Shown here in pieces: positions 12,130 through 24,200 of a stretch of 64,000 bases of DNA. How positions within the stretch are numbered: position 1 is the first letter of the stretch; every line of letters begins with the position of its first letter. The notes beneath the pieces were generated by a model. It searched no databases. It saw only the letters and a list, made by a program, of their open reading frames with translations, and was not told the origin of the DNA. Origin of the DNA: Lama glama (Eukaryota); contig CM052837.1 in the NCBI GenBank assembly GCA_028534125.1, positions 35,960,001 through 36,024,000 on the forward strand, given 5' to 3'. A program made the position numbers and the translations under genes.

Positions 12130-12370
12130 TATCACATCATTTACGTATGCTTCAAATATCCCATGAATTGTAATAATGGCAACTCATAATAAAACTGGTA
12201 ATAAAATGGATTATTCAGGTAATGCTGTTTTATTACAGTCTCATTATGATTATATAATCCTTATTAAAATCTGGATCAGAGATGAATTTCTCACCGGAGG
12301 CGCCTCAAAGTGCTTTAATAAATTCTATTTATTGTGCAATCCCAGGGTGGGTATTGGTTTTTATAATTTC
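12130..12370. promoter_or_regulatory. Homeodomain-motif-dense AT-rich candidate enhancer
   Basis: 11 TAAT/ATTA cores in 12171-12266; inverted pair GTAATAAAA (12198) and TTTTATTAC (12228); GGATTA (12208) and TAATCC (12255). Confidence 0.55.
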
Positions 12371-13284
12371 ACACAAGTGTGTGGTGATGTGACGTGGAAT
12401 CCATCCACAGGAAATCTGCAGCGTGATTCCTGGAGAATCTGCAGCCTACACTCAGAACTTCCTGTTCTTGCTCTGGATTCTTTTATTAGGAGAAATGTTT
12501 GCTGAGTGGGATGTGTTCAGAGCTTTATTGTTACTCTTTAGCTTTCATGGATGTTACCCCACAATGACCCCTAGAATGTCATTCTGATGAGATCTGGGGT
12601 CCTCTGTTGTAGATCAGAGCTGAGTGAACCATCAGAGAGGTGGAGGGATCCAAGGATTTATGCACTGAACCCACACACCCCGGGTCTGGCAAAGCTGTCC
12701 CGACCCTGCCCTCGCCAGGTGCCCAGGACAAGGTCCCAAGGTCCCTTGCCAGGTGCCCAGGACGAGGCAGCAGTAAAGAGCGGGGAAAGGTAGGGCCTCG
12801 CTGATGCAGACGGGCGACAAGAACACTCTATCTGGGCAGAGGCGACATGGGGAGGGTCCAATATCACGAAAGAGTGGGATCTGTTCCACCAGCCGTGGCT
12901 GCTCGATCCGGGAGGCGGGCCTGGGAGCATGTGCGCCTCGTCTAAGCGCCAGGGAAGGGGCCGTGGTCCGCGGGAGCTCACAGGCAGTCACAACATCATA
13001 AGCATCTTGACACCAGTCTGCCGGGTCCACATCCGCCGGCGCCATGCCGTCCACTCCGCCGGGGCTGCAGCCGTGTCTCAGAAGTGGAGCTGCTCTGTGC
13101 TGCTCTCGGGACAGTTAGTGCCCATCGTGCGGCTCATGTCTAAGCCCCCACACAGGGGGGTCACGGGGGAAATGGGACTGAAAGATCTTAGAGTCTTTGG
13201 ACTCTCTGCCTACCATGGCTGTCCGAGTCGGGAGGCCCTGGACCCAGCCTGCGGCCTCTGAGCCCCAGCCCCAAGATTCCCCAG

Positions 13285-13420
13285 CTGGGTGGCCCCCATC
13301 TGCCTCGGTTTCCCCATCTGTAAAATGGGCACAGCCAAAGGGTCTGCCTCAATGTTGTTACAAGTACTAAATGAATGCGTGTCAAAGTGCTAGAATGTCT
13401 GGCACACAACACTGTGTGTT
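13285..13420 (+). mobile_element. MIR SINE
   Basis: 'ctgcctcggtttccccatctgtaaaatggg...taaatgaatgcgtgtcaaagtgctagaatgtctggcacac'. Confidence 0.85.
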
Positions 13421-15723
13421 GTAAAAGTATTCCCTGAATTAATTTAGATGAATAGGTTTTTGTGCGTGGGGCTCACGGGCCACCCTTGGGGTGGGCTTGT
13501 GGAGGGCAGGGGGTCGATCTCATCCACAAGAAACCGAGACCCCTCCTGGTTCTTCCAGGCAGCCTATGGGGGCACCTGTGGACGGTGGCAGCCCCGCCAG
13601 GCAAGTCCCGCTCGTGGGACCGAGGCGGGTCTGAGACGGGGGTGGGTGAGCCCTGGCCAGGCACAGAGCCCCGGGGTCACGCTGTCTGAATGCAGACTGG
13701 AAATTGGATGTGGAAATGCGCTTCCACCAGCATCAGACAGGGACACCCAATCTTAAAAGCAGGATGTAGCTAAAACTGCTTATTAGTAAAGCCAAGATTA
13801 CCCAGGATTTTGAAGTTGGTTCTTATCTTCCGCGCTGCTCAGGTGCGGGGGTGGGGACCTGCAGCTGGAAGAAGCATCAGACAGCCTCGCGGAGTGACCC
13901 CTGCTGCTGTCCCTGTGGCCTTCTGCCACCCTGGGCAGAGATGCTGACGAAAAGCCAGCAAAACCGAAACAAACCGCCCGGCTCCGCTCCCGTGACTGCG
14001 GAACACGCCCAGGCCCACCTTGATGAGCCCCGGAGAATGGACCCCACGTGGCTCTGCAAAGAGGCAGCCTGATTCCGCGAGCGCCCGGGACGGTGCCCAA
14101 ACTAAACCTCTGTTCTCACCTCAGCTCGTAAAGGACGGTCCGCCCGGTGCCGTGTTGGGCCCTGCACCCTGACAGGCACACGGGGCAGATACCGAAATGG
14201 AGACGCGTCGTCCAGGGCACGCACTCAACGGGTCCCTACGTCTCAGACCCCCCACCCCTCGTGTCTAAAGCAGCTCGTCTGTAGGAAGACCTGCTTTGCA
14301 CACAGATCAAGAAGTACAAGAGCGCTGAGCAGCAGCAGAATGGAAGCGCGGGCAGAGGTCGTCGTGGGAAGACACAGAAGGAAGCGGAGAGCACCTCACG
14401 CAAGTGCTTCCCCTGCCTGGAAACCACTTCGCAGCCAGCCAAAGGGCCGCGCCTGCTAATCTAGCCAAAACCTAGAAGTATGGTGTCACTGCTGAGAAGG
14501 CCCTGGGGGCGTGGGGGCCCCTCGCAGGGCTCTGTGGGAACGTGGGGCCCAGCCTGGTGGGGTCGACAGATGCACAGATACTGGCCTTCTGCTATGGGGT
14601 CACAATTATCGCAAACTTGGCGGCGGCAGACGAGGCTCAGTGACGTGCCCCAGTCCTGTGGGGCCAACGCCCCGGCCGGCTCTCGGCCCGGGGTCGCAGG
14701 TGTAAGAGCGTAGGTCAGCTGGACTGAGGCTTTGTTCTCATCAGGGCCGGGGTCCCCAGGCCCACCAGCTGGGGTGGAACTCAGTTCCGTCTCCTGTTTT
14801 CCGTGTGGCTTCTTCCGCAAAGAAAGCCGGCCAGCGAGGTCTGGGAGATTGTGGGGAGGGGGTTGCAAGGAGAAGGCACGGTCAGGGGGGACAAGGACGA
14901 GTCGGGGCCCTTGGTGGCACTGAGCTCAGGGGGAAGACAGTTTGAAGAGAAGGGGTCCACCGCAGCGGGAAACATCAGGGCAGGCGACGCAGGGCAGGTC
15001 TGGGGCCGACAGGTGAGCGAGGCTGCCGCATGTGCAGACCCCTGGGGCCACCTGCTCACAGGCAGTCCTGGACTGAGTGGGTGGGCCGGCTGCTCCCCTC
15101 TGTCAGTGGTGCACTGTCACCAGCATGAACAGACCCTGCAGTGCTGACAGGTCATCCAGCCGTGCCCCATGTCCCCCGGGCATGGGAAGACCCAGGGACC
15201 CAGAGGCCAGCGAGCCTTCCCTTGGCATCCCCTTTCTCTGCCATCAGAGCCGCTCCGGTACGGGGACATGAGCGGGGTCGCCTCCTGCTGCCTTGTTGAG
15301 TGGGAGTCTCGGGGGTCCGGAGCGGGCCTCCCAGGCTTCAGAGGGAAGGAAGACGGTGAGGACGTGGCCGCGGGCGCTCACCGTGGGTGGCTGAGCCCCA
15401 CAGGCCTCACGGGGGCCAGGCCTGATTACCCCTCCGCGTGGGGAGGGGCCGGGAGCCTCGGGAGGCGTTAGACCTGCAGGCACGGAGCCTGGATGCCTCT
15501 GGAAGATTAATCCTGTGTCTCCCTGAGGGGGGACCCGGCAGCCTCGCCGACTCCCACGTCAGCATCCAGCCTCGCTGACTCCCCGCCCAAACTGTGCTTT
15601 GGGAGGTTTCTCTTGCCATCCTTTGGCTTTTCAGACAGGAATCACCCCCTCCTTCTGTTTAGGGAGATAAACTGGCTGAATGCTAACAAATTTGTTCTAT
15701 TAACATATTCAGCAGTAGGCAGG

Positions 15724-15889
15724 NNNNNNNNNNNNNNNNNNNNNNNNNNNNNNNNNNNNNNNNNNNNNNNNNNNNNNNNNNNNNNNNNNNNNNNNNNNNN
15801 NNNNNNNNNNNNNNNNNNNNNNNNNNNNNNNNNNNNNNNNNNNNNNNNNNNNNNNNNNNNNNNNNNNNNNNNNNNNNNNNNNNNNNNNN
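15724..15889. other. Assembly gap (166 N)
   Basis: Run of N. Confidence 1.
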
Positions 15890-16559
15890 TTGTGGCTTAA
15901 AATGTTATTGAGATTATTCAGCTTATTTCCCTTCATTTCCCACGTGCTCTCGCATCTCATGCAGACGGGGCACTGTGACTTCCCTGTGGAGCTGGAGTGA
16001 CCCGTGTGGAACCAGGCTAGGGGCTGATGGAGCACACGAAGGGGAAGAAAGGGTACCTCCTTGCTTGGTGTCCGTGACTGTGTGTGTGCATTCTGTATTT
16101 AATGCAGTTGCTGAGAAGCTGGGAAACAGTGAAAACCGGGCTCGCAGCCTGACCAGGGCTGGGTGCCCACCAAGTCCCAGACCAGCCGTCCACGGGCGCC
16201 TGCTCTGGAGACCCCGGGGCATCAGGTTGGGTTGCAGGGTCTGGAGCTGAAAAGTGGTCCCTGGGCATCTGCACTGATCAGGTCCTGTTTCCTTTGAGGT
16301 CTTTCCCCAAGCTTGGGCCTTGTCTGGTCCCTCGAGGTCTCTGTCTCAGGGATACCATAAAGAAAGCATGCCGCCTCTTGTGGCAACCTCCGGCGGGCGT
16401 GGCTGTGGTGGGAAACGAACCTTCGTCCAGGTTCACTCAGAAGGCAGCCCTGCCCATTTGGCTCCCAGACACATTTCACAGAGACGGTCACAGCCATGTC
16501 TGCCTGGAGCACCTGCCCTGACCTGAGCCTTTCATCCTGAGGTCACTTGAGCCCACACC

Positions 16560-16720
16560 TTACTTAATGGATCTCCCAGAAACCTCATGACCCAGGCTGG
16601 GCGGCTGTAATCATTCCCATTTCACTGATGAGGAAGTTGAGGCTCCAAAGCAAGATCTAAGGGTTTACTGACTTCCAGGGCAGATTAGAGGCAGTTAGAC
16701 AAGGAATGGATCCAGTAGCC
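16560..16720 (-). mobile_element. MIR SINE fragment
   Basis: 'aacctcatga...atcattcccatttcactgatgaggaagttgaggctc'. Confidence 0.75.
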
Positions 16721-17016
16721 TCCCCTGGGTCTCCAACAGCCCCACGGAGGGTGAGCTGAGTCCCACAGGGGCCCTGGCCCTGGGGACGTACCCGGAGGGT
16801 CATCAGGGATCGACCTGGTGTGTGCAGGTCCCACCCACGGTCCCACGAGACAAGACCACAGGTCCATTTGTTGAAAATGTCCACTAATACAGAGAGGACA
16901 GAGCTGGATTTAAAATAACAGCCATAAGCCGGGCTTAGGGAAAAAATCGATTTGTAGTTGTCCAGAAAGCCTTTTAAGTAAAATGTTTTTAGAAATAAAT
17001 TATATGTGGGGAAAGT

Positions 17017-17130
17017 CAGGACCAGAGCCGTAATCTGTGGGGCCCGGAGCAAAATAAAAACATAGGGCGCTTCCTTCAATAAGTGTTAAGAATTCCAAGG
17101 TGACTTAGGGAGCGGGAAGTTCTCTGTGCT
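17017..17130 (-). mobile_element. MER45A (hAT-Tip100) fragment
   Basis: 'caggaccagagccgtaatctgtggggcccggagcaaaataaaaacatagggcgcttccttcaataagtgttaagaattccaag' parallels reverse MER45A 'CAGGACCGGCTACATAATTTGCGGGGCCCAGTGCAAAATGAAAATG...ATTAAGAATTTCAAG'. Confidence 0.75.
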
Positions 17131-19879
17131 GTGCCCCCCGCTCCCCTCCCCCCAGCAAAGAGTTCCGGGAGCATCTTCAAGCCCCCTCCCCCTTCCCCTG
17201 CGAGACTCACAGGCAGAGGCTCGGGGAGGAACCAGCTGTGCCTTTCAAAGGGGAGGCTGAGAAGGTCCTCCCCGGGCTTAGGTGTGGAGAGAGCCATCCC
17301 CCTCCAGTGCCCGGCATCGCAGCTCCGTGAGAGGGGCCGGCCAGCTGGGACAGCCCTGCCGAGGCTTCCCGGCCCTGCCGAGCAGCGGCCCCACCCGCGC
17401 CCTCCCGGGTCCCAGCAGCCTCGCTGCATCGCTGTGAAGGCCAGCTGCCCGCGGGTGGCAGCGGTGGGTCCCCACCCTCAGTGCTCGTTGGGTGGAAGGC
17501 AGCGCGCGGGCACCCGCGGGCCAGGGGTGAGGTCAGTGCCGCTGTCCCTCTGAGACCCGCGTGTTACACAGACCCCAGTGCTGCAGAGCCAGGGAAACAG
17601 CACCTCTGGTTACGGGGGCACCAGGGGCACCCCGATTCCCTGCGAGCTTTCCTTGGAGTCTCTTCCTGTTCGAGCAGCCTCTTCCCCGGTAGATGGGGCC
17701 AGCGGGTCTCCTCCACCCCTGCCAGGCCTCAGCCGGGCCTGTCACGCGGGGACAGACACGCACCCCTGCTGCTCCCTGCCTCTGCCTCCTTGCGAGGGCT
17801 GCTGGATCAGGGTGCACCCCACGACCTCATTTTAACTTAATTGCCTCTTTAGAGAGTCTGTCTCCAGAAGCAGTCGCACGCTGAGGCCCTGGGGCTTCGG
17901 GCTTCAGTGTGTGAACGGGGGTGCACCGTTCAGCCCACAGCCAAGGGGTTCTCTCCTGCGCAGGTGTTGGCCGTGAGTTGGCTCAGAGTCCCTGTGGCTT
18001 TTAGCTTGTGCCCAGCCCCTACATGTGTGTCCAGCGTCCTGCAGCAGGACGAGAGGGGCACAGGCCCCGAGCCCTGCACGCATCTCCCTGGCCAGAGCTG
18101 GTCCCGGGGTCGTGCCTCCTTCCAGAGTGGAGAGGGTGACTCTCTGTCCCCGGGGTATCGGTGGCCAGCTCCCACTCCTCCCCTGCTGCCCCCAAATCCT
18201 GGGCAGCCTCGGCGGAGGGAGGTGACCGATTGGTCTGTGCTCAGGTGTGGACAGGAGGGCAGAGGAAGGGCTGGAACAGACTGAGCAGGACCTGGAGCCC
18301 CTGCGGTGTCTGGCACCTAGACAGGGCCCCCCCCTTTCCGGGCAGGCATGCGGGGAGCTGGGTGGGCAGTGAAGGAACAGGAACATACTCCTTATCCAGT
18401 TTAGAAACTGCAGTTAGAAAGATCTTGCATGTGGTAGCACATTTAAAGAACTGACTTTATTGAAAGGCAAAAAATTACATGAAAAGACATGAAAATCCAG
18501 CCAAAAGCCTATGGGTTAATATGGCTTGTGCCCTGGAAACTGGGACAGTGTTGGGAAATATTCATGAAGCCGGCCCGCGCCGCATTTGAAAGGGAAGGCT
18601 GCAGAATGTGGGAGAACAAATACCCAGGTTTCAGTGTCTAATTCATGGGGAATTCACGTGCTTTCTGTCACAGGGTTTCAGCTTCCGGCCGTGGGGTCTC
18701 GGTTCTGTTCACAAGCTCTTCCCAGGGGTGTTCAGTGCACCCTGCAAACGCTGGGCCCGTGGGGGTAGCCGGGGGCGTCTCCTGGCCCAGGGAGGATCTT
18801 GCAAAGCCACCAGTCGTGACAGAGGACTCGAAAGAACCGCCCCGTTCGGTAGATGTCTCCATCTCTAGTATCTGTCTTTGGGATAAACTCTTCAGAACTT
18901 GGACGGAATCCGCGTGTCTTCAAGGCGGATTCCCTTGGCAGAACCTGATGTGTGGGAACTCGGTGGCTTCCAGCGATTCGGTTGCTCCTGAACTGTCCTG
19001 CCAAGGCAGTAATCCAACAAACAGACCGCGCGGCGGACGCCCTGCCGGCCCCTCTCCGGGCACCGACGTCCCCGCTTCCTTCCATGTCTCTCCCTCGTGC
19101 TCCGTCACAGGAGGCGGGTGGGAGACAAACCTGGCGAGTCCCCGTGGCCCTGAGCTAGGCTGCTCCCTGCCATCCACCCGCGTGCCCAGAGGGTGTCAGA
19201 GGGGAAGTCTGGCGTCTCTTCCGTACCGCTCCAGAAAATCACTGAATACCGCAGTCATTGTTAATTCCGTTAGGATTTGCTCAGGTTATTAATCAGAACA
19301 CGAAGTTCCCCATCATCTGCCATCACACTTGACGCCCACGAGTCCGCGTGTAGAGGGTGCTTATGCAATTGAACAAGCGGGGTAAATAAGGCGCAGGGAG
19401 TTCACACCTCAGACCAGCGACGGGGCCTGGGGGGGCCCGCCGGCACCAGCTTTACTCGGGCCGAGCTCAGTGTCCGCTGTCTCTTCCTTTCTGTTACCAC
19501 GTGGGGTGGGTCTTCCGTTTTCAGCAGGCGTATCGGTGAGTCTCAGATCTGTAAACAGAATCAACCAGACCCTGAAAAGTGCAAATGACAAAGCAAACAC
19601 GGGTGCCCACCACCCGGAATTAATAGGTGTGAACTGAGTTTTTGCAGAGGTGAGGTCATCATGGGAAAGGCGACATCCCCTTCTGTCCCCAGAAGTGACG
19701 CTTCTGAGCGTGGCCTCCCTCCGCCCGGCTCTTGTACTTCTCCTATGCCATGTGTGTGCAGAGGTTACGCTAAGCTTTCTGTTGACTTACCTGGACTGTG
19801 TGTACGTGGCATCCCACCCTGCCGCCCTGGAACACACTCACTGGGCACGGTGTTCTGTGCCCTCTGCTCCCTCCAGAGC

Positions 19880-20180
19880 CCCTGAGAGGGTTGCCCCAGA
19901 TGGCCCCTCAGAGCCAGGGGTGGACCTGGGCAGTGAAACGTGGGCGGGGTGGGGTGTGCCACCCACGCCGCCAGGTTTAACCACCCCGGGAGGGCATTCA
20001 GGACCCTCCCTCTCGCATGGAACTCCTTCCCATCCAGGCAGCATGGAATGCCGGACCCGGGTCCACGGGGCGGCTGCCCCGGGGTGGCTGAGCTGGAGAC
20101 AGACTCCTCGTATGGGTTCAGCTACTGAGACCTGGGGGCTGGTTGCTGGCGTAGCAGAACCCGCCCTGCCCTGACCCACA
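19880..20180 (+). mobile_element. Old MLT1 (MaLR, H/I/J-like) LTR remnant; left boundary uncertain
   Basis: 3' end 'ttcagctactgagacctgggggctggttgctggcgtagcagaacccgccctgccctgacccaca' matches the recalled MLT1 LTR terminus. Confidence 0.5.
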
Positions 20181-20450
20181 GGGGTCGGTTCCAATTTTGT
20201 GTCGTCGCAAGCAGTGTGGCGACGTGGAGCCTTCCGTGCGACTCCTGGCCCAGGTGCTCACGTCTGCTGAGGTGCCTGCCTGGATTGTCTGGGCCGAAGG
20301 GCTGTTTCACCGTCAGCTTTCCTGGCGCGGCTCACTTGCTCTCCACAAAGGCTGTGCCGCGTGCGCACGAGCCCTCTCCTCCCGACGGCCCCAGCGCATT
20401 TTAGACGTCGCGTTTGCTGGCCCGAGGCGTGTGAAGTTCGTTACTTCCCT
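20181..20450 (-). mobile_element. L1ME-like fragment, heavily GC-shifted (its 3' part is possibly at about 19640-19870)
   Basis: 'ggttccaattttgtg...ggattgtctgggccgaagggc...ttgctctccacaaaggctgtgcc' parallels L1ME 'tttccaattttttg...gaattgctgggtcaaaggg...ttgccctccaaaaaggttgtacc'. Confidence 0.6.
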
Positions 20451-23224
20451 GCTCCCACCTCCCCTAGATGGCCCCTCTGCAGACACAGTGTCAGCTGTGA
20501 GGCTCTGATGTACTGGAGTCCCCGCGGTCATGAAAGGAGCGGCCCTGGGGGTGAACAGGAATCCCTGCTCTGCTCAATACAGGGGACCTTTCTGACACTG
20601 ACACAAGAAAAGAAAGCCCTTACCAGCTCAGTGAACTTTGGTAGCACGTGGGGAACATTTTATAAGCAGAACATCTGAAAGGGGTTTTCTGTTCCTTTTA
20701 ATAAATAACTCCTGCATCAGAAGCGCCATCGATGCGCGTACACCTTGTCCCGGGAGGTGGGGTTGGAGCCGCACCCACCCTTTGGAAGGGTCCACCTTGA
20801 CCCTACAAACGATGCTTCAAGTTCCCATGATTTGGAAAAGTGGGTTTCTTTTGTGAGTAAAAGTGTGGATGGCAGAGTTGGGCTGGGCCATAAAACGTTG
20901 CTAAATTCACGGATGTCACTTAGCTCTGCTAATTTCACAGCCTTAATAGGTTTCATTTGTCACTTGCGACACTGCCAACCTGAGCCCTTTCTTCGTTCTA
21001 ACTTCAGTTATTAAAAGAATTTTTAAAAACCCAAGGTGCCGAGGGCACATCGGAGACAGAGGCTGAGGGGTTAAGCAAGAAGCAGCCCGGCCGAGCAACC
21101 TCGCACAACAGGGCTGCTGCAGAAAGTCACAAACTGCAGCTCTGGAACGCCACTCTCCCAAGCGTGCGCGATTGCAAGGGGTCCCGGGAGCGTCCGCCGG
21201 CCGTTAGTAACGTCTCGCAGAGTTTGTGCCTTCCCTGCCCTGAAGCTGCGGAGAGGAAGGTCCTCCCAGTCCCCGCCGCCCGCTCTGGGGCTGCAGGAGC
21301 AGCTGGGAGGCGGACATGTTCTCAGCCATCCCCTGACGTCTGCAGCATCACGTCCACGTGCCCTGGGCCTCAGATATCCTCTTTAAAAACGGATCATTTG
21401 AATTCAGATCCAGACAGGGCCACACTCTGTGATCAGCTGAGGCGCCTTCACAGTGCCTTTGACTGACGGGTTGCCCTGGCTCTGTCTTTCTGGTGGGGCA
21501 GGAGGTGGAGGTGTGACCTTAGAACCCCCACTCTGGGTTTGCATCCTCACCGCAGGTGGGGGTTAACAGTCTCCTCTCCCCCCACCCCAGGTGCCCTGGT
21601 GCTGGGAGTCGGACCCAGGAGGCCGAGCAGCTTCCTGGCAATTAGTTTTGGGGAAGAGTCCAGCTTTCTGAGGTGGCCAGGTCTTCCATCAGGGTGAGGT
21701 CCGGTGCCCTACACGCTTTAAAAGTTAGAAATGATCAGAGAGATGGGGGGGTGGAAATGCAACAGAGAAACATCCCACGACCTGCATAGCTAACAGGAGC
21801 CCAGCCCTGCGCTCAGGGGTCCTGCGGCTTCAGGCCCAAGGTCGGGCGGTGGGATGGGGGCGACAGAGGCAGGGAGAGGGACCAGCCTCGAACACAGACT
21901 GCGCGGAAGTCAGGGGCCGGGGTCAGCGTGCGAGGAGACGGGGAAGAGAGACTCAAGGTCCGGGGACGGAGGGCCGAGCGGGCGTCTGAGACACGAAGAT
22001 GAATCCCTCCCTGTTCCAGCTCCACGATGTTTTATATTTTAATTTTTTTAAACTATCACGCCAAATTCTTGGGGCAACATTTTTATTCAGATGGGTTGCA
22101 TTTTCATGATTTAAAGTACCTATTTAAAAAATTAAAGCATGTTTACAGAAATTTAAATTCTCAGGGTGTAGCAAATAAATTGCCTCTAAAAGCACCCGTT
22201 TTTAAGCAATTCAGAGAAAGAAGGAAGAGATTAGCAGCTTCTGAAGGCGCAGCCCAATCTCGGAAGACTTTACAGAACAGTTAAGGGGGCACTGCCACGC
22301 TTGTTCTTCTAGAAAGGTGTCGCCGGTGAGGAGATGGAGAAAGGAGGACCTGGGACGTTATGGAGTCGGCGGGCGGTTGGAATATTGTCGTCCAGCTAAT
22401 GGATCAAGTGGCTCACTCGGGGAAACGAGTTAGGAAGATCACGGAGCTGACACCTTCAGGGAGAACATGTTGTGCGTCTTGTTCTGTGAAATCACAAACG
22501 GCTCCGACTTTCCCGGGGAGAGGCGGGCGTGGCAGGAAGGAGGTGACGGTGGGGCTAGATGAAGGCCCACAGGGATGGTGTAAGCAGCATCGCTCGGTCT
22601 CGCCAAGTCTCGACTCGGCAGGCCCGTCCTCCCGGGAGCTGAGCAGCGGTGTCTCCCCTGCTTCTAAAACACCGTGATGAGCAGCCCTTCCCCGCAGGCT
22701 TGCAAAGCAGAGCTTCCGACCCCCAGGTCCAGCCATTAGCAACTGATGTAAGATACAGCGTTGCAGTCGCCGGGCAGGGCGCTGTGAGTCTCGCGGGCGG
22801 GGTGTCAGCTGACAGCCGGAGCAGGGCACTTAGACAGCCGGAGTGTCCGGAGGGCACTTAGAACCCACAGGCACGGCCCTGGCGTCCGCCCAAGAAGAGC
22901 ACCCGGCTCAGCGACGCTAACGCAGGCGCTTCTTTTGAAAAACACGTCGGCGCTTTGAAGGAAGTGGGGTGGGGGCAGGCTCAAAGCGAGGTGCCTGTGC
23001 GCAGTTTACTTTCTTCGTGGACAGATTTATGAATTCAGAACTTTCCTTGTTTATTTTGAGGATGTGCAGGCCTTTCTGTTCACCCCTCGTGCTGTTCATG
23101 GGAAAGAATCGTCCGCACCCCTAGCGTCTTCTTGACGCGGAGAGACTAAGGAGCCGCGCCCCCCACACCTCCCCCGGGACCCTGTCGCCTCCCAGAGGAG
23201 GCGGCCGTCCGCGGTGGCAGTGGC

Positions 23225-23375
23225 AGCCCAGAGCATAGTCTTCGGCAACAGGCTGACCTGGGTTCGAATCACAGCTTTGCCATGTTGTTGCTGTGTGATT
23301 CTGGGCTGGCAGCTTGGCTTCTCTGAGCCTCCACCCGTCACCTGTATGAGGAGCGCCTTCCTCATAAGGGGGTGC
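23225..23375 (+). mobile_element. MIR SINE
   Basis: tRNA-derived head 'gacctgggttcgaatcacagctttgcca...gctgtgtgattctggg...cttctctgagcctc'. Confidence 0.8.
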
Positions 23376-23989
23376 ACTCAGATTCCAGAGAGGATGTTTC
23401 AGGGCTCCCCTGGGGGCACAGGGGTGTCTGGGATGCTGGAATTACAGTGTGGGACAGAGTCACTGTCTTTGTGGACCCTGGAGTCTAGGCACAGTGAGGG
23501 AAGTATTCCCGAAACGGGAAGAAAGACCCACGGCTGAGACAGCAGGTCTCCGCCCAGGATGAACTGTTCCTGGGTTTGTAGGCGGCCCTCCTCCGGAGCT
23601 CCCCACCGTCTGAGGAGGCCTGGCTGGCTGTGAGGACCCAGCTGTTCCTTCCCGAAGGCTTTCTCCCCCAAGGAGCCCCCTCCCGCCCTGGCTTCTGCAG
23701 CATCCGCTGCCCGGGCACCCCCCACAGCCTCCCCAGCTCAGGGCCCGTCGGCCCCCAGCCTCCCCTTCCTTCCTTCACGTCCCCCTTAGACTGGGGTCTT
23801 TCCTGACTCTCCACTGGGTACCCCGTGAAATCTCTGCACCTCTGCCTGCTTCTGGGGCTCCCATGACCTGGCCCCACCCCACCTTCCCGCCCTCTGTTCA
23901 CACCTCCCTTGGGGTCTGCGAGGGCCCCACCCTCATGGTGTCCATCCCCCACTCTGGAACCCTGTCTCCCCGTGGACCCCTGCGCTGTG

Positions 23990-24200
23990 CTTCCAGCGCC
24001 CACGCCTCCCGCACGGCCGCCTTCTGCATCCCTCCCGGGCCGCGTTCCCCTCGCCGCCCCTCGCCGCCCCCACCCCCCGGCGAGCGCCCCGCAGGCAGGA
24101 GATCAGCCCATTGGAAGGCAGGGATGAGGCGGCGCTTCCCTCCTGGCGGCAAGTTGCTGAGAGGCAGAGAGGGCGCGTGGGGCGGGGGGACAAGCGGGGG
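23990..24200. promoter_or_regulatory. CpG-rich GC-box cluster (orphan CpG island or promoter-like)
   Basis: Tandem CCCCTCGCCG x2 (24047-24066), CCGCCC/GGGCGG boxes, reverse CCAAT at 24110-24114. Confidence 0.35.

Noticed and set aside
23255-23285. tRNA-like B-box (GGTTCGAATC)
   Set aside because: It is the tRNA-derived head of a MIR; no cloverleaf structure.
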